Shown piece by piece: positions 1 to 10,669 of a stretch of DNA of 64,000 nt. The stretch covers positions 305-64,304 of IMG/VR virus record IMGVR_UViG_3300045988_183785; one strand, 5' to 3'. The notes below the pieces were generated by a model, which was not told the origin of the DNA, did no database searches, and worked only from the letters and a program-made list of their open reading frames with translations. Made by a program: the position numbers and the translations under genes. Numbering within the stretch: the stretch's first letter is position 1; each line of letters starts with the position of its first letter. The DNA is from a virus.

Positions 1-6
1 CAAGTC

Positions 7-3000
7 TTGCGAGAATTTGGACGCATCAAGTTTTCTTTGTCTGGAATTAGCACTTCTAAGAGTGGAAACAATCTAACAATTACAGCTACACCGGAAGCTG
101 CAAAAAGTATGTTGAACGGCATTGAGTCGCTTCCTTGTAAGGGCAATGTGATTGACCCCGACAGCGTCAACGCTTACCTTCTCGTTGCGGGTGGAAGCAA
201 GCAGAACTGTGTTGCTCTTAACGGTTGGCCTGACCCTGTAACTTGCTATGTGCGGGCGAAGGTGACGCAAACAACCGGGAATCTGAACATCACAAAGACG
301 TCTGAAAATGGGAAAAACATTTCCAACGTCAGCTTTACCGTAACCGGCCCGAACGGATATAACCGACTCTTTAAGACAAATGCATCCGGCAAAATCAGCA
401 TTACAGACCTGCAGCCCGGAACTTACACGATTACAGAAACTTCGCCGTTAGGATACTATGCTGTAAATCGGGTTCAGACTGCGACAGTTACGATTGGAGG
501 CACGGCAAGTGTCTCCTTCCAGAACAAAGTGTCTCGGTGTACCGTTCAGGTAACGAAGACATCGGAAGACGGAGTTCTGCAAGGGTTCACCTTTACACTG
601 AAGGGAACGTCTTACGCGGGAGATACTGTAAATTTGTCTGCGACCACAGATGCGAACGGCAAGGCTACGTTCTCCAATGTCCCCTTGGGTTCTAACTATG
701 TTCTTACCGAGGCAAATACGCCCGGAAGATATGTAGCCCCTGTCAGCCAGACGTTCACGCTTTCGACGCCTAATACGTCTGTAAGCAAAACATTCGAAAA
801 TAAATTGGCTCGCGGCAACGTGACTGTCACAAAGACCTCCGAAGATGGAAAAGTAAGCGGAGTCCAGTTTAATCTGAAAGGCACGTCTTTGTCTGGCCAG
901 ACAGTGAACCTCACTGAAACAACCAACGCCAGCGGCGTGGCCACCTTCTCCAATGTGCTTGTTGGTACATATACGCTGACGGAAGTAAATACAGGTAGGC
1001 AGTACGCCCCCGTGTCCGCGCAGAATGTCACGGTGCAGTATAACTCGACTGCGCGGGCGACTGTCAGCAACAAGTTGGCGCGTGGTTCGGTTCAAGTTAC
1101 GAAGTCTTCTGAGGACGGGAAAGTTGCCAATGTGAAGTTCCGCTTGCAGGGAACATCCATTGACGGCACCGCTGTTGACCTGTATGCTGCGACCAATGCC
1201 TCCGGTGTTGCGACATTCTCGAACGTCCTTATTGGAAGTTACACAGTATCGGAAGTCAACGTGCCGGCCTATTATCAGGCCGTGAACCCCGTCAATGTTA
1301 CAGTGACCATCAATCGTAAGGTCTCTGTATCTGTCCAGAATAGGCTCAAGGTAGGTGCCGTTCAGGTGACGAAGACCTCCGAGGACGGCGTTGTGAGCAA
1401 CCTTTCATTTACGCTGACAGGTACTTCTGACGCGGGGACGACCGTCAGCATGACGGCAAAGACGGACGCTCAGGGCGTTGCGAACTTCTCCAACGTGCCC
1501 ATTGGGACAAGGTACACAGTACAGGAGTCCAGCACCCCTACCCGCTACGTTGTTCCGGGTGTGCAGGCCGGCATTACCGTGAGGGTCAACGACACCACGA
1601 AGCTATCCTTCCACAATGACCTTGCGCGTGGAAGTCTTCGCGTTACCAAGACGTCTGAAGACGGATTCGTGTCCGGCGTGAAGTTCCATCTGGAAGGCAC
1701 CTCTACATCTGGAGCTGCGGTGTCTCTGGATGCGACTACCAATGCAGTGGGCATTGCTGAGTTCAAGAATGTGCTGGTGGGCAACAGCTACGTTCTAACG
1801 GAGGTTGATACGGCTGCCCGCTATGTTGTCCCTGCGGTGCAGAACGGTATTACAATCACTGTGGGGAAAACCACGGAGGCTTCGGTTTACAACAAGCTGG
1901 CTCGCGGAACGGTTACTGTTACGAAGACTGCCGAGGACGGGCTGGTTTCCGGCATCAAGTTCCGATTGACCGGCACGGCAGGTAATGGTGACACGGTGGA
2001 TATGACCGCTACCACCAACGCCAAAGGCGTGGCAACCTTCTCTGACGTCCTGATTGGCGAGAACTATTTCGTTCAGGAAGTTGGCACCGCCGAAAAGTAT
2101 ATCGTACCGGATGTCGTTTCTGGCATAAATGTAACGCTGAATAAAACTACGAACGCCAATGTGCATAATAAGTTGGCTCGCGGTACAGTGAGTGTGACCA
2201 AGACCTCTGAAGACGGTATCGTTGAGGGCATCAAGTTCCACCTGACAGGTGCTTCTGCACAGGGTCAGCGCGTAGACATGATGGCTGTGACGAACGCTTC
2301 CGGCATTGCAACCTTCGATAATGTTCTTGTGGGTTACAACTACGCACTGGAGGAAGTTGACACCGCTGCACGGTATGTCATTCCTGCAGTAAAGGGCGGC
2401 ATCAATGTAAAGCTGGATAAGACCACAACTGTTTCTGTTCATAATGTGTTGAAGAAGTGGTCTGTGACCGTTACAAAGCGCGATATCGAGACGACAACAG
2501 CGCAGGGCAACGCCACCTTGCAGGGTGCCGTTTATGGTCTGTATAACGGCGATGAACTGGTGAAACAGTACACCACTGATGTGAACGGAAAGTTTACTAC
2601 GGACATCTACATTTGCGGAGATAGTTGGACCATCAGGGAAATTGTTCCGTCCGTCGGCTATCTGCTGGATGACAGTGTATATCAAGTAGGCGCTGAGGCG
2701 AAGAACTACGTCATCGAAATCAATGCAGCGCCCGATTTGGGCGTAACAGAAAAGGTCATCAAGGGCTACATTAAGATTTTCAAGCACTCGGATGTCGGTC
2801 CTACCGGCGTTGAGGAATCCCTCCCGACCGGAAAGGTCACTCCCGAAGTTGGCGCTGAGTTCGATGTCTACCTGAAGGCGGCAGGAAGCTACGCTGCTGC
2901 GAAGACCACCGATAGAGACCACATTGTTGTGGACGAAGACGGATACGCGACAACCAAGGCGCTGCCTTACGGCACATATGTTATCGAGCAGACAAAGCAT

Positions 3001-6000
3001 TTCGAACACGCAGATATGCTTTCAGGCTTTGAAGTGACTATTTCCGAGAATGGGAAAACTTATTTCTATGTGCTTAATGACCGTCCTTATTATGCTTCTG
3101 TTCGAGTGGTAAAACAGGACGCAATGGACAATGTTCAAATTCCTTACAGCGGAGCTGAGTTCCAGATATACGACCCCGATGGAACTCTTGTGTCCCTCAA
3201 GGCTGGTACTCAAAAAATTGATACATTTAGGACGGATAATGACGGCAATTTGATAACCCCCGAAGAACTTCCCTTTGGTCGCGGCTATAAGCTGGTGGAA
3301 ACCAAAGCTCCTCGTGGCTATCGCTTGAATTCAACACCCGTTACATTCAACGTTGACTTTGAAAGCACAACCATGGAAGACGGGAACAAGGTTGTCGTTG
3401 TGAAGATGACAGACGCGCCTGTAACGCCTCAAATCAAGACTGTAGCTAAGGGCGCAGCAGGGGAGAAAACATTGGAACCCCTGACGTCTGTGACAATTAA
3501 GGATACGGTGTCCTGTACCGATGTCATTCCCGGCAAAACCTATACGGTGAATGGTTATCTGGTTTTGAAGTCTACTGGCGAACCTCTTTTGGATGGCGCC
3601 GGTCGAAAAATAACCGCTACGAACACATTTGTTGGCAGTAACGACTTTAAGGGCTCTACCGTGTTGTCCTTTACATTCGATGCTTCTCTTATTGCTGGAG
3701 ATGCTGTAGTTGTATATGATACGCTGCATCGTGACGGCGTAGAGGTGGCAACCCACAAGAACATTTCGGACGCGGACCAGACCGTATCTTTCTTCGCACC
3801 CGAAATTAAAACTTCTGCCGTCAACCCTGATGGAAATGTGAAGGTTGTTGACCCCTCCATCGGCGTATCTATCGTGGATACGGTGTCCTATAAGCACCTC
3901 ACTCCCGGACATAAATACATTCTGAATGGGCAGATGATGGATAGGGACACGCAGCAGCCGGCAAAGGACGATAACGGAACATACATTGTCGGAACAACAA
4001 CCTTTACTCCGGCGACAACGGAAGGTTCGGTAGATGTGACCTTCACCTTCGATGCAACTGAGATTGCGGGTGTGCAGCTTGTCGCGTTCGAGAAACTCTA
4101 TCATGTTGCCATCAGCAGCGATATCCCCGTTGCAACGCACGAGGACATTGAGGATGCGGAACAGACCGTAACAGTCGAGGCGCCTGAGATTACCACTCAT
4201 GCAACCAACGCCGAAGACGGAACTAAATTCCTTGACCCGCAGTACATGGTGAAGGTCAGGGACTCTGTTGCGTATGAAAAGGTTGTTGAGGGGCACACTT
4301 ATCTGTTGACCGGAAAGGTGTTTGATAAAACGACAGGCGAGTTTGTGAAGGATGCTTCCGGAAATGAAATTACCGGCACAACAAGATTTACGCCCACGGC
4401 GAAGGCCGGTACTGTGGATGTCGAGTTCGTTTTTGATGCTTCGGAACTGTATGGACATATGCTGGTCGTGTTTGAAAAACTGTCTTACAGGGGTGTTGTC
4501 TTAACCGTCCACGAAGATGAAGCAGATGCCGAGCAAACTGTGAATGTCTACAGCCCGAAGATTGGCACTACCGCTATTGATGGTGAGGGTACGGGTAAGT
4601 TTATTGACCCTGCGAAAAATGCTGTCATTAAGGATACGATTGCTTACGAACATCTTACCATAGGGCAGGAGTACACTATCATCGGTACAGTGATGAATAA
4701 GCGAACAGGTGAGGCTGTTGTTTCTGGCGGACGCACTGTAACGGTGACGAACACATTTACGCCGTCTGCGTCTAAGGGCAGCACCGAAATGGTCTTTACA
4801 TTTGATGCTTCTGGTCTTGATGGAGATTCCCTTGTTGTGTACGAAGAGTTGTATTTCCGTGCATCTGACAGCACACCTTGTGCCATCCATAAGGATATCG
4901 GCGATGAAGGGCAGACAGTTGTCGTGAACACTCCTGCAATTCACACGACCATCAATGAGAGCATCTCTCTGAATAACTATTTCGAGCCGCTGAACGAAAT
5001 TACCATTACGGATACTGTGACCTATACAGACCTCGTGCCCGGTCACAGGTACAAGGTGAAGGGCAACCTCGTTTCCAAAGACACCGGCGATGTTATCCGC
5101 GACGGTAATGGAAATTTGGTGTCCGGTGAGGCTGACTTCGTTCCGACGACCAAGGATGGAAATATTGATGTTAAATTCACGCTAAACGCCTCTATCCTGT
5201 ACGGTCAGAGTGTCATTGCTTTCGAGTCTCTGTATTACCACAACACAGTTATTGCCGAGCACAAAGACCTCGCTGACGAGAAACAGGAAGCTGTGTTCTT
5301 CGCTCCTGCGCTGAGTACAAAGGCTCTGAATAATGACGGCAATACAAACTTGATTGACCCTGCCAAGGGAACGCATATTGTGGACACTGTTTATTATCGC
5401 CACTTAACCCCTGACCATGAATATACCGTTGTAGGTAAGCTGATGGATAAAATGACAGGGCTTCCTTTGCTGGATGCGAAGGGTGACGAGATTACCGGCA
5501 AAACCGTATTCACGCCGCAGCGGGTCGCGGGGGCGGTCAACGTCGAGTTTACATTTGACGCCAGCAATATGGCAGGGAAGACGCTCGTTGTTTTTGAGTA
5601 TCTGTACTTCAACGAGGGCGATGAAACTCCCGCAGGGACGCATACGGACATTTCCGACCTGAAACAGAGCCTGACCTTCAACACACCAGCTATTAAGACC
5701 AGTGCGAAGAATGCGGAAGATAACTCCAAGTTCTTTGACCCTAAGAGTGCTGTAAGACTGGTAGATACCGTGAGTTATGAGGGTCTGTGCAAGGGACATG
5801 AGTACACGGTAAATGGTGTCCTGATGGATAAAAAGACCGGTACGCCGGTTCTGAATACGGATGGCAACCCCGTTACCGGAACAACATCATTTACAGCTCG
5901 CAGCGCTGCCGGCAAGGTTAAGGTGGAGTTTGTTTTTGACGCTTCGCAGCTCTACGGAAAATCTCTGGTTGTGTTTGAGGAACTCGTGTTTAACGGAACG

Positions 6001-9000
6001 GTAATTGCGGAGCATAGGGACCTTGACGACAGAAGTCAGACCGTAACAATAAATGTTCCCAGCATCTCGACAAGGGCTGTGAATACGGATGGCAAGGGTA
6101 AGATGCTTGATGCGGCGAAGGAAACCTCTATTACAGACACCGTTTCCTATTCCCATGTAACCCCCGGTCACGAGTACACCTTAGTGGGGCGATTGATGAA
6201 TGGAGGAACTGGTGAGGAAATTCCCGGCACTGCAACACGGGTGAAATTCACTCCGAAGCGTACGTCTGGTGATGTGGACATGACTTTCGCATTGGATGCA
6301 TCTCTCCTTGCTGGTAAAAATGTAGTTGTGTTTGAGGAGCTGTTCTTTAACGAAACGGACGCTGCTCCTTGTGCGACACACAAAGACCTTCGTGACGAAG
6401 CTCAGACCGTTACGGTAATGGAGCCGAGCATCGGAACTACCATGAAGGCAAGTCCTGATAAGAACCAGTTCTTTGTTTCCTCTCTGTCTACGGTTTTGGT
6501 AGATACCGTTACTTATCATAACCTCATTCCCGGTCACACCTATGTCGCCGAGGGGCGTTTGATGGACAAAGCTACTGGACGTGTTCTTGTTGGCGGAAAT
6601 GGCGAGATTTCAGGGAGAACAGTGTTCGTTCCCAAGTCCATGGACGGGTCTGTGGATGTCTATTTTACATTCGACTCTTCTGAGCTGTTCGGCAAAACGG
6701 TCGTGGCCTTTGAAACCGTTTCCTACGGCGGTCACATTATTGCCAAGCATGAGGACATTAACGATGTTGACCAGTCGGCAACATTCTATAATCCTGAACT
6801 GACCAATACGACCGCCGTGAACGGTGAGGGCGGCAGCAAGTACATTGATGCAGCCAGAAATGTGGTTATTAAGGATACTGTAAAGTATGCACATCTGCCG
6901 ATAAAACACGATTTCAAGTTGCGTGGAACACTTGTTTTCCAGTCCTCCGGAGAACCCGTTTTGCTATACAATAAACCTATTGTAGTTGAAAAATCCTTCA
7001 CAGCGAAGAAAGCGGAAGGCTCTATCGACATGGAATTCGTCTTCGATGCATCTGGGCTGCAGGGAAAGAAAATTGTTGTTTTCGAGGAGTTGTTTTACGA
7101 AAATCAAACGATTGCTGCGGCAGCACATAAGGACCTTGGAGATGTCGGCCAGACTGTTACTGTTTCCAATCCTAAGGTGAAGACTGTTGCCTCCAATAAG
7201 GTCGATGGAAGTAAGATGCTTGAGCCGGATAAGAGAGTTACAATCCTCGATACAGTTTCTTTCTCTGGACTGATTGAGGGTCACACCTATAAGGTTTCCG
7301 GGACGCTGATGGATAAGGCAACTGGCAATCCTGTGGTCGATGAAAGTGGCGAGACGATTACCGCTGAAAAGACCTTTAAGGCGAAGGCTGCTGGCGGAAG
7401 TGTTGATGTTGAGTTTACCTTTGCGGCCACAGAGTTGTACGGGAAAGACATTGTTGTTTTCGAGAAGATTTTCTGTAATGACACTGAGATTGCTTCTCAC
7501 GAAAATATCAACGACAGGGAACAGACGGTGACGGTTTATGCGCCTAACATCACTGGTACAACGGCGGTTGGAACTCTTGGGGGCGGTAAGCTGATTGACC
7601 CCGCAGCCAATGTGAAAATCACCGACACTGTTACGTATGAGCATCTGTCTGCTGGCCACAAATACACCTTGCGCGGTACGTTAATGAACAAGGAAACGGG
7701 TGAAGCTATCAAAAATGGTGGCACAGAAGTTGTAGTTGAGCAGACTTTTACGCCTGTGGAAGCAAGCGGTTCTGTGGATATGCAGTTTGTTTTCACTGCT
7801 TCCTTCTTGAAGGGCAAAGACATTGTTGTGTTTGAGGAAATCTATTTCAACTCCGAAGATACTGAACCGGTCGCCGTCCATAGGGATATCGACGATGGAA
7901 AACAGACCGTTTCTGTAACAAGCCCTGAAGTAAGGACTGTTGCCGTGAACAAAGAAGATAATGGCAAGGTCTTTGAACCGGACCAGACGGTTACGCTGAA
8001 GGATACCGTGTTTTACAACAATCTCATTGTGGGACATAGATACACCGTGACCGGAACTCTGATGGATAAGGGAACCGGCAAGCCCATCAAGGATACTGCG
8101 GGAAGCATCGTGGCTTCTTCTGTGGAGTTTACTCCTGATGCTCCCTGCGGCACGGTGGATGTTGAATTCCCCTTCGCTGCAACTGAGTTGTATGGCAAAA
8201 CCATCGTGGCGTTCGAGAAGCTACTCTTCAACGGAACTGTCATTGCGTCCCATGAGGATATCAATGATGAGGAGCAGACTACTACGGTTCACAACCCTGA
8301 AATCGTACGGACTGTTGCTTTGAGCGCAGTGGATGGAGGAAAGTTCATTGATGCCTCTGAAACTTCTACCATCAATGATACTGTGGTATATCGTCACCTG
8401 TCTACTGGACACGCCTACACACTGAGAAGCAGCTTGGTTGATAAAACTACTGGCGAGCCTGTTCTGAATAACGGCAAACCCGTCGTTTCGGAGATGCAGT
8501 TCACGCCTGAAAGCACTGCTGGCTCGGCTGTTGCGGCTATCGCTTTCGACGCTTCTGCCGCGAAGGGACGCGATATCGTGGTGTTCGAGGAACTGTTCTT
8601 TACTGCTGGTGACGAGGCACCTGTGGCGGCGCACAAGGATATTGAGGATGCTGACCAGACTGTGACCGTGGTAAAATCTTCCATCAAGACCTGCGCTGAA
8701 AATGCTGCTGACGGCACGAAGGTGTTTGAGCCCGCCAGCGAGGTTATCCTGAAGGATACTGTGGACTACGAAGGCATCATTGCTGGACATACGTACAAGG
8801 TCGTTGGCACCCTGATGGATAAGTCCACGGGCAAACCGGTGGAGGCCGCAGCAGGGAAGTCTATCACCGCTGAAAAAGTGTTCACGCCTGAGGGCGAGAA
8901 CGGTTCTGTGGTAGTCGAGTTCAAATTCGATGCACGCGATTTCTTTGGGCGCACTCTGGTCGTTTTTGAGGACTTGTACTACGGAGAGACTGTCGTCGCC

Positions 9001-10341
9001 GCTCACCGTGATATCAACGACGAAAACCAGTCTGTCGAGATTAAGAATCCCGTCATTGTTGAAACCATCGCAACAAACAAAGTCGATGGGGGAAAGCTGG
9101 TTGACCCCACAGAGAAGGTCGTTTTGACTGATTCTGTAAAATACGACCATCTCTCCACTGCTCACAAGTATACACTTGTTGGTAAGCTGATGGATAAATC
9201 TACTGGAGAATCCTTGAAGGATAAGGACGGCAACTCTGTTGTTGCATCCACATTCTTTACTCCTGACAACCTCTTCGGTTCTGTTGAAGTCTTGTTTGAG
9301 TTCGATGGGAGTTCGCTCGCTGGCAAGGATATTGTTGTATTTGAGTATCTCTATTACAACGAGGGAGATGAAACGGCTTTGGCAACTCACGAGGACTTGG
9401 AAGACACCGCACAGACCGTTTCCTTTGCGAATCCTGCTATCAAGACCTCTGCTGCCAATGCTTCTACGGGGAAGAAGACGTTCTCTCCGTATGAGAAAGC
9501 CGAGCTGGTAGACACTGTGACCTATGAGGGACTTATCCCCGGTCACGAGTACACCTTGGTCGGGACTCTGGTAGAAAAGGTTAAATCTGGTGGGAATTGG
9601 GTCGAAGGTAAACCCGTCATGGACAAGGACAAAAAGCCCTTGACCGCTACTGCGACCTTTACGCCTGAAAAGGCCGAAGGAACAACGACGGTTTCTTTTG
9701 TGTTTGGTGCTCGTTCCGTTGCGGGGAAAACTCTCGTTGTGTACGAGGAGCTCCTCTACAACAACATGAGTGTCACTACTCACGCTGACATAACGGACGA
9801 GAACCAAACGGTTACAGTTGACCGCATCCATTATAGCGGGCCTACTATGGGAACTACGGCGACATTTGCCAATGGCTCAAAGTCCAGCGGTTACGCCTCT
9901 CGCCTTGTGGTCGTAGATACCGTGAGTTATTCTGGGTTGGCTGTTGGTCAGAATTACACCTTGGTTGGCAGGTTGATGGATGCTCAGACGGGGGAGGCTC
10001 TGCGCGATGCGGGCGGCAGGGAAGTAACCTCCAAGCTGACATTTACCCCGAAGGCCTCCGATGGCTCCATCGACATGAAATTCTCCTTCGCTGCGTCGAA
10101 CATCAAGGGTGCGAAGATTGTCGTGTTTGAGGAGGTGTATGTCGGAGGAAGTGTGGACGGGACTCCGTACCTGAGCCATACTGACATCAATGATGCTGGA
10201 CAGACTGTGACTGTTACCGCGTCTCCCAAGACTGGAGACGATGGCGTCGGCAAATATGTCTCTTTGGGCTCGATTGCCTTGGGAACTGCAATTATTGTCG
10301 TTGTAGTGAGCAACGTCAAGAGAAGAAAGAAAAATAAGTAA
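7..10341 (+). CDS. Giant cell-wall-anchored surface adhesin, 5'-truncated by the window edge. It has Cna-B-like repeats followed by about 18 Thr-Gln ester-bond-type stalk repeats and a C-terminal SPKTG sorting signal.
   Basis: Single 3444-aa ORF with no stop until 10341. There are about 13 repeats of ~95 aa with the motif KTSEDGxV...FxLxGT...TDANGxATFxNV (Cna B / prealbumin-like). These are followed by about 18 repeats of ~120 aa, each with a conserved VVFEELY...HxDxxDxxQTV motif. That motif is the His/Asp/Gln signature of autocatalytic Thr-Gln ester-bond domains (Cpe0147-type). The C-terminus reads SPKTGDDG, then a hydrophobic stretch, then a KRRKKNK tail, which is a sortase sorting signal. 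The N-terminal 95 aa align to aa ~345-440 of the downstream paralog, so the signal peptide and thioester domain lie upstream of the window. Confidence 0.85.
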   Translation: MREFGRIKFSLSGISTSKSGNNLTITATPEAAKSMLNGIESLPCKGNVIDPDSVNAYLLVAGGSKQNCVALNGWPDPVTCYVRAKVTQTTGNLNITKTSENGKNISNVSFTVTGPNGYNRLFKTNASGKISITDLQPGTYTITETSPLGYYAVNRVQTATVTIGGTASVSFQNKVSRCTVQVTKTSEDGVLQGFTFTLKGTSYAGDTVNLSATTDANGKATFSNVPLGSNYVLTEANTPGRYVAPVSQTFTLSTPNTSVSKTFENKLARGNVTVTKTSEDGKVSGVQFNLKGTSLSGQTVNLTETTNASGVATFSNVLVGTYTLTEVNTGRQYAPVSAQNVTVQYNSTARATVSNKLARGSVQVTKSSEDGKVANVKFRLQGTSIDGTAVDLYAATNASGVATFSNVLIGSYTVSEVNVPAYYQAVNPVNVTVTINRKVSVSVQNRLKVGAVQVTKTSEDGVVSNLSFTLTGTSDAGTTVSMTAKTDAQGVANFSNVPIGTRYTVQESSTPTRYVVPGVQAGITVRVNDTTKLSFHNDLARGSLRVTKTSEDGFVSGVKFHLEGTSTSGAAVSLDATTNAVGIAEFKNVLVGNSYVLTEVDTAARYVVPAVQNGITITVGKTTEASVYNKLARGTVTVTKTAEDGLVSGIKFRLTGTAGNGDTVDMTATTNAKGVATFSDVLIGENYFVQEVGTAEKYIVPDVVSGINVTLNKTTNANVHNKLARGTVSVTKTSEDGIVEGIKFHLTGASAQGQRVDMMAVTNASGIATFDNVLVGYNYALEEVDTAARYVIPAVKGGINVKLDKTTTVSVHNVLKKWSVTVTKRDIETTTAQGNATLQGAVYGLYNGDELVKQYTTDVNGKFTTDIYICGDSWTIREIVPSVGYLLDDSVYQVGAEAKNYVIEINAAPDLGVTEKVIKGYIKIFKHSDVGPTGVEESLPTGKVTPEVGAEFDVYLKAAGSYAAAKTTDRDHIVVDEDGYATTKALPYGTYVIEQTKHFEHADMLSGFEVTISENGKTYFYVLNDRPYYASVRVVKQDAMDNVQIPYSGAEFQIYDPDGTLVSLKAGTQKIDTFRTDNDGNLITPEELPFGRGYKLVETKAPRGYRLNSTPVTFNVDFESTTMEDGNKVVVVKMTDAPVTPQIKTVAKGAAGEKTLEPLTSVTIKDTVSCTDVIPGKTYTVNGYLVLKSTGEPLLDGAGRKITATNTFVGSNDFKGSTVLSFTFDASLIAGDAVVVYDTLHRDGVEVATHKNISDADQTVSFFAPEIKTSAVNPDGNVKVVDPSIGVSIVDTVSYKHLTPGHKYILNGQMMDRDTQQPAKDDNGTYIVGTTTFTPATTEGSVDVTFTFDATEIAGVQLVAFEKLYHVAISSDIPVATHEDIEDAEQTVTVEAPEITTHATNAEDGTKFLDPQYMVKVRDSVAYEKVVEGHTYLLTGKVFDKTTGEFVKDASGNEITGTTRFTPTAKAGTVDVEFVFDASELYGHMLVVFEKLSYRGVVLTVHEDEADAEQTVNVYSPKIGTTAIDGEGTGKFIDPAKNAVIKDTIAYEHLTIGQEYTIIGTVMNKRTGEAVVSGGRTVTVTNTFTPSASKGSTEMVFTFDASGLDGDSLVVYEELYFRASDSTPCAIHKDIGDEGQTVVVNTPAIHTTINESISLNNYFEPLNEITITDTVTYTDLVPGHRYKVKGNLVSKDTGDVIRDGNGNLVSGEADFVPTTKDGNIDVKFTLNASILYGQSVIAFESLYYHNTVIAEHKDLADEKQEAVFFAPALSTKALNNDGNTNLIDPAKGTHIVDTVYYRHLTPDHEYTVVGKLMDKMTGLPLLDAKGDEITGKTVFTPQRVAGAVNVEFTFDASNMAGKTLVVFEYLYFNEGDETPAGTHTDISDLKQSLTFNTPAIKTSAKNAEDNSKFFDPKSAVRLVDTVSYEGLCKGHEYTVNGVLMDKKTGTPVLNTDGNPVTGTTSFTARSAAGKVKVEFVFDASQLYGKSLVVFEELVFNGTVIAEHRDLDDRSQTVTINVPSISTRAVNTDGKGKMLDAAKETSITDTVSYSHVTPGHEYTLVGRLMNGGTGEEIPGTATRVKFTPKRTSGDVDMTFALDASLLAGKNVVVFEELFFNETDAAPCATHKDLRDEAQTVTVMEPSIGTTMKASPDKNQFFVSSLSTVLVDTVTYHNLIPGHTYVAEGRLMDKATGRVLVGGNGEISGRTVFVPKSMDGSVDVYFTFDSSELFGKTVVAFETVSYGGHIIAKHEDINDVDQSATFYNPELTNTTAVNGEGGSKYIDAARNVVIKDTVKYAHLPIKHDFKLRGTLVFQSSGEPVLLYNKPIVVEKSFTAKKAEGSIDMEFVFDASGLQGKKIVVFEELFYENQTIAAAAHKDLGDVGQTVTVSNPKVKTVASNKVDGSKMLEPDKRVTILDTVSFSGLIEGHTYKVSGTLMDKATGNPVVDESGETITAEKTFKAKAAGGSVDVEFTFAATELYGKDIVVFEKIFCNDTEIASHENINDREQTVTVYAPNITGTTAVGTLGGGKLIDPAANVKITDTVTYEHLSAGHKYTLRGTLMNKETGEAIKNGGTEVVVEQTFTPVEASGSVDMQFVFTASFLKGKDIVVFEEIYFNSEDTEPVAVHRDIDDGKQTVSVTSPEVRTVAVNKEDNGKVFEPDQTVTLKDTVFYNNLIVGHRYTVTGTLMDKGTGKPIKDTAGSIVASSVEFTPDAPCGTVDVEFPFAATELYGKTIVAFEKLLFNGTVIASHEDINDEEQTTTVHNPEIVRTVALSAVDGGKFIDASETSTINDTVVYRHLSTGHAYTLRSSLVDKTTGEPVLNNGKPVVSEMQFTPESTAGSAVAAIAFDASAAKGRDIVVFEELFFTAGDEAPVAAHKDIEDADQTVTVVKSSIKTCAENAADGTKVFEPASEVILKDTVDYEGIIAGHTYKVVGTLMDKSTGKPVEAAAGKSITAEKVFTPEGENGSVVVEFKFDARDFFGRTLVVFEDLYYGETVVAAHRDINDENQSVEIKNPVIVETIATNKVDGGKLVDPTEKVVLTDSVKYDHLSTAHKYTLVGKLMDKSTGESLKDKDGNSVVASTFFTPDNLFGSVEVLFEFDGSSLAGKDIVVFEYLYYNEGDETALATHEDLEDTAQTVSFANPAIKTSAANASTGKKTFSPYEKAELVDTVTYEGLIPGHEYTLVGTLVEKVKSGGNWVEGKPVMDKDKKPLTATATFTPEKAEGTTTVSFVFGARSVAGKTLVVYEELLYNNMSVTTHADITDENQTVTVDRIHYSGPTMGTTATFANGSKSSGYASRLVVVDTVSYSGLAVGQNYTLVGRLMDAQTGEALRDAGGREVTSKLTFTPKASDGSIDMKFSFAASNIKGAKIVVFEEVYVGGSVDGTPYLSHTDINDAGQTVTVTASPKTGDDGVGKYVSLGSIALGTAIIVVVVSNVKRRKKNK

Positions 10342-10364
10342 ACGTAGGACCAAAGGTATTAAAT

Positions 10365-10396
10365 AGACCGGAGTTTTGGCTCCGGTCTATTTTTTT
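10365..10396 (+). terminator. Rho-independent terminator after the adhesin gene
   Basis: Hairpin AGACCGGAG-TTTTGG-CTCCGGTCT followed by a run of T. Confidence 0.7.
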
Positions 10397-10531
10397 GAAA
10401 AAATTATTTGATTGAAAACAGAAGGAAGGAAAGCGTGCAAACCCGTTGCAACATAAGGGGTTTCCGTCTTTGCGAGGCGCAAGACTTTGTGGTTTAAGAT
10501 GAGAAAACGAAAAATTTCCCAAAAACCACAC

Positions 10532-10560
10532 TTGACATTTTTTTATAATTGTGCTATTGT
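10532..10560 (+). promoter_or_regulatory. Sigma-A-type promoter (TTGACA-N17-TATTGT). It belongs to a conserved promoter family that occurs 4 times in the window.
   Basis: TTGACATTTTTTTATAATTGTGCTATTGT. The spacer is nearly identical to those of the promoters at 21982, 30403 and 60674. Confidence 0.5.
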
Positions 10561-10669
10561 AAGCACGTCAAAAATAATGTCAAGTTTTCCACAGCTTAAA
10601 CCTCGTCACGGTCTATTATTTAATTACATTCCCTGAGCAAATTTTGAAATGAATGAAAGGACAAGAACT

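Noticed and set aside
8221-9831. Long antisense ORFs inside the adhesin genes. Examples are 8221-9831 (536 aa), 12949-16578 (1209 aa), 1795-3009, 3331-4458 and 16918-17901.
   Set aside because: They lie opposite strongly supported, highly repetitive coding sequence with clear domain motifs. The GC-rich repeat structure keeps the reverse frames open. They have no RBS, no motifs, and low-complexity translations.
3400-10200. CRISPR array or other non-coding tandem repeats suggested by DNA-level periodicity
   Set aside because: The periodicity is the ~360-bp coding repeat of the adhesin stalk domains. One continuous ORF, no short spacer-repeat structure, no cas genes.
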